Part shown: piece by piece, positions 23,601 through 31,800 of the stretch
Position numbering within the stretch: position 1 is the first letter of the stretch
Layout: every line of letters begins with the position of its first letter
From: Octopus bimaculoides
Taxonomy: Eukaryota
Assembly (NCBI RefSeq): GCF_001194135.2
Contig: NC_068981.1
Span: 41,064,054 to 41,117,030, forward strand
Direction of reading: 5' to 3'
DNA length: 52,977 nucleotides
Notes under the pieces: model-generated
What the model saw: only the letters and a program-made list of their open reading frames with translations
What the model was told of the DNA's origin: nothing
Databases searched by the model: none
Made by a program: the position numbers and the translations under genes

Positions 23601-26600
23601 TTTTGTAGATGCTTTCAAAAAATTGTGAATATGAAATACAGGAAATTATCAAAGAAGCTGCTTTGGATTATCAACAAGACCCTATTTTGGCAAAGGCTTG
23701 TCATGAGGAAGTAAGTTTTATATTGTTATTGTCACATTCAATTTTTTTTTTTTCTGCAGTATATTTTAGAGGTGGGGTAACTTAATAATTAAATTCACAC
23801 AATATCTGCACACAAGTATTTGAGTTGATATTAACAATTTTTAACATTTGCTTTATGAGGTAGTGGGGAGGGATCATTAGAAGTAATAGATAGCTTCTGT
23901 TAGCTTGGTGACCAAGATAGTAGTGGAGGAGGAAGTTCTGAAAGTGTAATTGATAGAATTAGAATTGACTGGACAAAGTTCAGAGGGTTTCTATCTTTGT
24001 TGGTAACTAAAGGCCTCTCTCTCAGAGTGAAAGGTAGATTGTATGATGTCTGTATACGTACAGCTATGCTACATGGCAGTAAAACATGGGCTTTGACTAC
24101 TTAAGACTTGCAAAGGCTCAAAAGAAATGAAGCTACCATTGCTCCGCTGGATGGGTAATGTCAGTGTGAACGCTCAACAGAATGTAAATGATTTAAGAGG
24201 AAAACGGGGTATAATAGGCATTAGGTGTGTGCAAGAGAGAAGACTGCACTGGTTTGGTCATATGATGGGTTTGGATGAGGACAACTGCGTAAAGAAATGC
24301 GAAGCTCTAATCATGGAGGGAACCTGTGGAAGGGGTAGACCCAGGAAGACATGGGACAAAGTGGTGAGAAAGGATCTTTGGATGCTGGACTTCACTGAGG
24401 AAATAACAAGGGACTGGGAGTTGTGGCAATTTGCTGTGCTTGAGATGTATAATAAGGCCATATGCATCATATGGTTAGTTGAAGGGAGAGATGAAGAACA
24501 AGAGTGAGAGGAAAGTGGGAGAGAGAAGATTTAATGATGTGCTGTAGGGTGGGGAAGGAAAGGTAAATAGAAAGAGACACATTTAGGATACAATATTTAG
24601 CAGAGGGTAATGCTCTGCTGGTTAGGTTAAAGAAAAGCAGATAGGGAGAGATGGACATGGGAGGCAGTTACATTAAGAGAGAGAAGCAGATAGCATTTGT
24701 ATTGTCAGAAAAAGTAGATATAAACAAACAGTTGGATTGAAATGAAATGAAACCAGCTTTATTACTGCAAACTATAGTGGTGATGGTGGTCGTGTGTTGA
24801 TACTGGAAAGTATTTTTTTCTATTGAATTAAATCTATAATAGTCTTCTTTTACCTATTTGTTCATACATGATGTTTTAGTTTGTTAGAAAGGAACTGGAG
24901 TGAAAGAGAGGAAGAGGGAATATGAGAGTGTGTGAGAGAACAGATAGCCAGTTGATGCATTATAGTGTCTCATGTGGTTAGTGCAAGTGTGAGGTAAAAG
25001 AAAGAAAATTGTTAAAGACATGAAGAGGGGAATTACATAGTTAAAATGTTTGTTGAAGAGGTAGGAAGAAAGAGAGAAATATAAAGTGCATAGTAGAGGG
25101 AAATTTTAAAACCATATAACTTATTATTGTGACTGGAAGTGAAATAACCTAGCAAAAAAAAAAAAATGCAAATCATCCTTTCTTAAATAACTTCTCTTAA
25201 TTCCTTTTCGGTGAAATTTCCACAGGTTCCACTAGTTTTTTTTTCTAATATATTAAAGTGATGCTTCAAATGCGATTTACAAAATGTTCTTAAATTAATC
25301 TGTTGTGAAATTTTGTCTCAAAACTACTTTAATTACAGGTAGGTAAGCATAGGTAAAATATAAAGTCTAACATTAGTTATATTTTATTAAAATATCACCA
25401 TATGAAATGAGTTATTAGATAATTCTATATTATATAACTATATATGTATTTAAGGTAGAAATATCCAATTATGTATGGTCTGTCTTCTTTTGTACTTTGT
25501 TTACATTTTACATAACAATTGGTCTGTCATTATGATATAAATTACTTGAAATGGAATAGATAAAAGTAAATAGCAGGTTTTGAGTTTTGTGCATGACCAA
25601 TTGGGCCTGATTTCTTCAGAAAATTTTGGAAGAGAAATATTTAAGAAATTTTCATTCCCTTCTCTTTCTGAAAACATTGTTTGTACTACTGATGACTAAC
25701 TTGTTTTTACTAAAAATAAAACATCCTGTTTGAAGTCCAAGACATGTACTTGATGCATGAATTTCTCAGTTATTACTGTGATGTACCATTTAACTGCAAT
25801 GTTTTACTGGTGTAGAAAAGCATGAAAGAAGCAGATACAACTACATCAACTTCATTTTGATGGTGCACAGAGAACAGGTGATGGAAAACTCAGTATCTAC
25901 AGTATTGCAGTGAAAAATTGACAGATTTTTTTTCAATCATATGCTTTGTTTGCACACTTGGAAAGCATTTCTCATTTGCTTTTATATGATGATATTAATT
26001 TGTAAATCTGCAGCTGTCCTTATCCTCAATTGTTTTACTTTGTTTCATTTCATATCTCATGTGATAAAGCTATATATAAAACTGAAAAGGGTGGCATGCT
26101 GGCAGAATCGTTAGCATGCCTGGCAAAATGCTTAGTGGTATTTCGTCTGCCGTTACATTCTGAGTTCAAATTCTGCTGATTCGACTTTGCCTTTCATCCT
26201 TTCGGGGTCAATTAAATAAGTACCAGTTATGCACTGGGGTCGATATAATCGACTTTATCCCTTTGTCTGTCCTTGTTTGTCCCCTCTATGTTTTGCTCCC
26301 TGTGGGCAATAAAGAAATATATATATATTATTGTTGTTCTGTCCCAATTTTTTTCGACTGGATATATTTATAGTATTGTTGTTGCTAGCTTTTCGTAAAG
26401 TTTTGATATCTAATTCAGTGTTCCTTCATTGTTTGGTTTTAGATCACCCAGTATTGTTTTGAAGATGCTAATAAAAGAGATAATGAACCATATGAGGTTG
26501 AAGATAATGGTAAAGGGCGTATTTCAGAATGCCTGAAAGATAAATTGAAAGAGGGTTCCATTAAAAATAAAATGTGTGTCAAGGTTTGTGTTGTATTTTT

Positions 26601-28844
26601 TTTTTCCATATTTTAATATCACTAGGTTTTAAAAATTAGCCCTAATAATGAATTTAGGATTCCACCCAGCTTCTTTCTGTTTGCCATGGCTATGTGTATT
26701 TTCATTTCAATTTCAGCCTGATTCCCCTTTTCGTTTCAAAATACTTATGTGATAAATTTGCCGATTAAAATGTACATGTATATTAATTTAGTATTAATAA
26801 TTCTGTGCAGCACAGAATTTTGTCAGTGAACATGTTGCAGTCTCAAAGTGACGAAAATATTTTGACAAATTAAATTTAAATGTTGAAGTGAATCTAACAG
26901 TTTTTGTGTGTTATTTTAAATGGCTTATAAACACCTGCCACGCTGCAATTGTTTTCGTTCCAGCACACGATCTCAGATCAGGTCACTTGCTATGCAAGTA
27001 TATCTCTGCAATTTTATTATTATTATGATGATAATAATAATAATAAAAATACTACAGCTTTTCTTCTAAGCCCATCCAGCTATGTAGTGTGTAAACTTAG
27101 TATGCACAAGGTCTGAGCCCAGTGTTTGTCATATATTTAAAATAGTTTCCCAAATATTGTTCCATTTTCTCACTGCTGTTCATGAATCAACTGCTCAATT
27201 GCTCGCTCTTTTTTGAATCAACAGCTAAGTTATTATTATTCAAATGTGACTTCGCTAATGAAAATTTTTCATACACCCTACCCCAACAAATTACTCTATA
27301 TTTCTTTTCTTCTTCACATTTCCTCCTTCATACACTATGCCTACTTCTCACTCCCCAATCCTGTCCTCATGGCCCTGTTTCTCTGTATCATTGCTATCTG
27401 GTTGTACCCCTCCCCCCACTATATACCCAGGTTTTTGCCAGTCACTTCTCCCTCTCTCTCTGCACTGTCTAATCACACTTCTTTTGCAATATCCTGCCAC
27501 TTATATTATGATCTTTGAACCTCAAGGGTATGCCCTAGCACTTGCCACCATCTATATCTCTCTCTTCCTTTACTCAACCATCCCATTTATATTCTGATCC
27601 CTGTCCTTTCTGAGTATACCCGGCACTTTGCCACCATCTCTATCCTGCTGTCTCTCTCTCCTTCAGGTTAGGTAACCATGTATCTCTTTAGTGGCAGCAC
27701 ACCTGTTTCTGTCTTCATTCCTGATCTCTCTCTCTTTCTCTCTCTCTCTCTGGCTGGCTCACCATGTACCTCCTCTACAATAAGACACCTGTTTCTATCT
27801 CTCTGTCTCATATAACCTTTCATCTGACACCTCTTCCAATGCCCCCTCCCCTCAAAGGATTTTTTTGTCTTGCAAGGTACTTGGTGACCCTATTAGTGCA
27901 GGTACTACTTAAAAAGTATCCAGTCCACACTGTAAAGTGATTGACATTTGGAAGGGCATCCAGCTGTAAAAACCTTGCCAAAACTGACCCTGTCTGTGCT
28001 TATGCCACGTGAAAAGCACTAAGTTCACTGTGCTGAGTTGTTGGTGTTAAGAAGGGCATTCAGCTGTAAAAATCCTACAAAAACAGTCACAGAAGTCTGG
28101 TGCAGGCTTCTTCCTAGCCGGCTCATGTCAAACCATCTCACCCATGCCAGCAAGGAGTGCAGATGTTAAAAGATAATGATGACAAATTAAAATGCGTCAT
28201 TGATATATTGGATGTTTGCTAATTTCAACTAGTGGTCAGCATACCTAAAAATGTCCGAGGACCGTGAATTCTATTTAAACATAAACAATAAGAGAGATCA
28301 CTATGTGGATCCCTTGTATGCTAAAGATAGACATTAAACCATCTTACCTCTAAATCTGTGTTACTAAGTTAAGAATACAGATTTAGTGGTAAGACGGTTT
28401 GACGTCTATCTTTGGCATTCAAGGATCTATGTAGTGATATATTGTTTATATTTAACTCCTAAATTATCTAAATAGCAACCTAGCCCTTGAAGTCCATACA
28501 GGTAATATTCCCACCAGTCTTCCATAGTTATTAATATAGAAGTGAAAACTTTTATATTCTATTCTTAACAAAACAAACTCAATTGAACATAACTTAACTA
28601 ATAATATAACTAATTCTAAGTGAGTTACACTATTTCATAACCAAAAGTTAATTAAAACACTCCATAGATATTAAATATTCATTATTCTTATTAAATCAGA
28701 AACTACTAAAAGAATACTTATCATTAACAATTATTCTTAAAAACCTTGTTACAATTAAAGCTAAATATATAACTGTTTAAAAGATAATATAAAGTTTTAC
28801 CACTTACATGTTATCTGGACACACAAGGTTCAAGTCAATTATTT

Positions 28845-28880
<36 letters not shown>

Positions 28881-31800
28881 AAAATTTGTAAACTGGAATA
28901 AGCCAAATGTATTTGATTTACATATTTTCATAAAATATTGTACTTACTTAACTAATCATTACATAAAATTCAAATATTTGTACTTTTCTTACAGGAAATT
29001 GCTAGAATCATTTATGAAGGTTCTTCAGACATACATGTTGATCCAGTTTTACATACAGCTTGCAGAAGAGATATTCAGATCTTTTGTCAGAAAGTTCAAC
29101 AAGGAATGGGACAACGTACGTATTGATTGTGATTTGAATGTTTTATTTTCTTAAAACTTGTTGAACTGTTAAATTCTTCATTAGTTTAATCCTTTAGCAT
29201 TCAAATTACTATCAAATGTAATGCTTATTTATTCACATTGTTGGGAATTAATTATGTATTATCTTGTGGCTTCAAGATTTCAATGATTGTTTATTTTTAG
29301 AATAATTTTGTAGAGTTAGTGTGAGAAGCTGGATCTGGTTAGTTTGAACATAAAATTGGTAGAATATTTGGACTAGATATGGCTGGTTTAAATGCTAAAG
29401 GGTTAATATAGTATAATGTTATGATTTAAAAAAGATAAATGAAAAAAATTCAAGAATAAGTTACCTAGATTTAAGAAGCATTGAAAGCTTTTGTCAAACT
29501 GAGTCAGCCAGTAGTTCTTATTTGGAGCTACTGCTTTCCTTGAAGTGTATCAGGAGCCATGTCTCACTCATTCCATTTTTGGTTGACAGAGTGGACTGGG
29601 TGCTTTCCATGTGGTACCAGTGAGGTGTTTTAGTATAATATTTATTAAAAATGTTTCTTTCAATTATTGCCTACCATTAAATGCAAAGATCTGTTACAAT
29701 TATATTCTGCACATCTTCATCTGCTAGTGAGAGATGATACATTTGTGAACTAATAAAAACAATATTTTATTTAATAATTAAAATTTCATTATTTGATAAA
29801 AGTATATCTGCTAAGTTTTCCCTTACATTTATAGAAATGTCATGCTTGCTATCTGCTCTTGAGAGCAAATTGCAATTGAGTCATCAATGCAGTGAAAGAT
29901 TACAACAAAGGAAAGAGATGTGGGAGTATGCTGCTCATGTGAGTACTTCCTTGATATAATTTTAATGAAATTTGGAAAAATTTTCTTGATATTCTGTTTA
30001 TCGTATTTATTAATACATAATTTCTATTTTTGTTTGGTTTTTAATTTATGTAAATAATATATTCTACAAATGATTCAAATTTTGTCGTCATCATCGTTTT
30101 TTTAACCCATTTGTATCTCTTTCCCTATATACAGCCAATAACTCCTTTTTGACTTCTGTTATTCATTTACTTTTCTTATACTTTATGTGCATTGTACTAC
30201 ATTCTGTACAGACGTTATACCCTCTCTCATTATTTCTTTAAATTTCTTCCATTTGGCTCACCAGTCCTCAGTCAAATCGTCCAACCCATGCTAGCATGAA
30301 AAGCGGACGCTAAACGATGATGATGATGACATCATCAGTGTCATTTTCTTTTCTGCTTTCCATTCTGGCATGGGTTGGGTAGGTTGTTATAGTCCAACTA
30401 TGTTCTTCTTCAGAGTTATTCCTCTCCTAGGCATGGTTGGGGGACCATGCCTCACTTGTTGAGGAGTAGGGGCCGAAACCGGACGTGGTTCCTCCTGATG
30501 ATGTCTTGAGCTAACTGGATCCTATAAAGGAGCTGTTGTGGTAGCAGACCACGAAACATGGTTGAAATTCCTTCCTATTCTGGCATGGTTTCTATGGCTA
30601 AATACCCTTCTTAACACCAATCAATTTACAGAGTATATTGGACGCATTTTTTTATGACACCAGCACAGAGATTGTCATGTCCCCTATAAAAAAAGAATAA
30701 GGGTCCTCTCAACTCTATGATGTTTCTTCTTGCTTATCAACCACTTCACAAAGTTTTGTGAAGTTTCTTTGTACTGGTTCCTCACTGCTCTATGTTGTCT
30801 TCAATCATTCAAAGTAGCATGACAAATAGCGAGTGGAAGAAATGACAATTGCTGAAGATGATCCAGGAGTAGAGGAAGAAAAGAAGAGAGCATGATGAGT
30901 GAGTTGATGGTGTGCAAGAAGAGGAAGAAATGGTAACAATAGTGTTGGAGGAGTATTTAAAACTTGTAAAGGAAGGGTGTAAAGAGAGAGGTAGGGTAAA
31001 CGACAGCTACTTGTTTGTGGTTAAGAGGGTGGAGGATTGAGCAATGGACAAATAGTTCTAAATGGATTATGAACAGTGCTCAAGTGCACTCCAACTTATC
31101 AAAGGTGCATGTGCAGTACAAAAGTCAAGAAAGTGAACAGTGTATGAGTCATGATATACATGTGTGCATGCATATGGAGTGGGGGATATTGAATTTAATG
31201 TTGGTGAATTTCAGGAAGCATGGAGGTTTCAAAGGATGCAATGTCTTGGCAACTAACAACTGATGCAGGTAGTTTGTTCCATGCTTCAGCAACTCTGAGC
31301 GTGAAAAAATGTTTCTGAAAGTCATGGGAGCTGTGCTGTTTTCTGACTTTGTAGGCATGCCCACATGTGTTAGACACATGGAGCTCAAAAAGGTGCTTAA
31401 GGTGGTTGTTGGTACAATGGTTAATAATTTTGTGGTTGTTTATCAAGTCAGTTGCCAGACTTTGGAGTTTGAATGTATGTATGCCCAGGGGAGCAAAACA
31501 TTCAGAATATGGTAGATGCCCGATGGAAGGTATTCACTTGGTTGCATGTCTCTGAACAGTTTCCAGGAGGTCAGTGTCCTGAGCAAGATAGAGGTTCCAG
31601 ACTGGTGATGCAAATTCTCAGTGTGGCCACACCATAGCCACATACAGCCTTAAATAGATAACGGGAGAGCAGCTGACAAAGGTCTTGCTGAGTGATGCCA
31701 GGACACCCTCGGCCTTCTTGACAATTTTAGAGATGTGCTTTGTTCAGCACAAATTGCTGCTGATAGTAATGCCCAGGCCACATTCACTAGAAAACTTCTT

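Noticed and set aside
28460-28810. A/C-skewed AT-rich stretch suggesting a NUMT
   Set aside because: No mitochondrial protein, rRNA or tRNA recognisable on either strand; only a weak GTAACAAGG similarity
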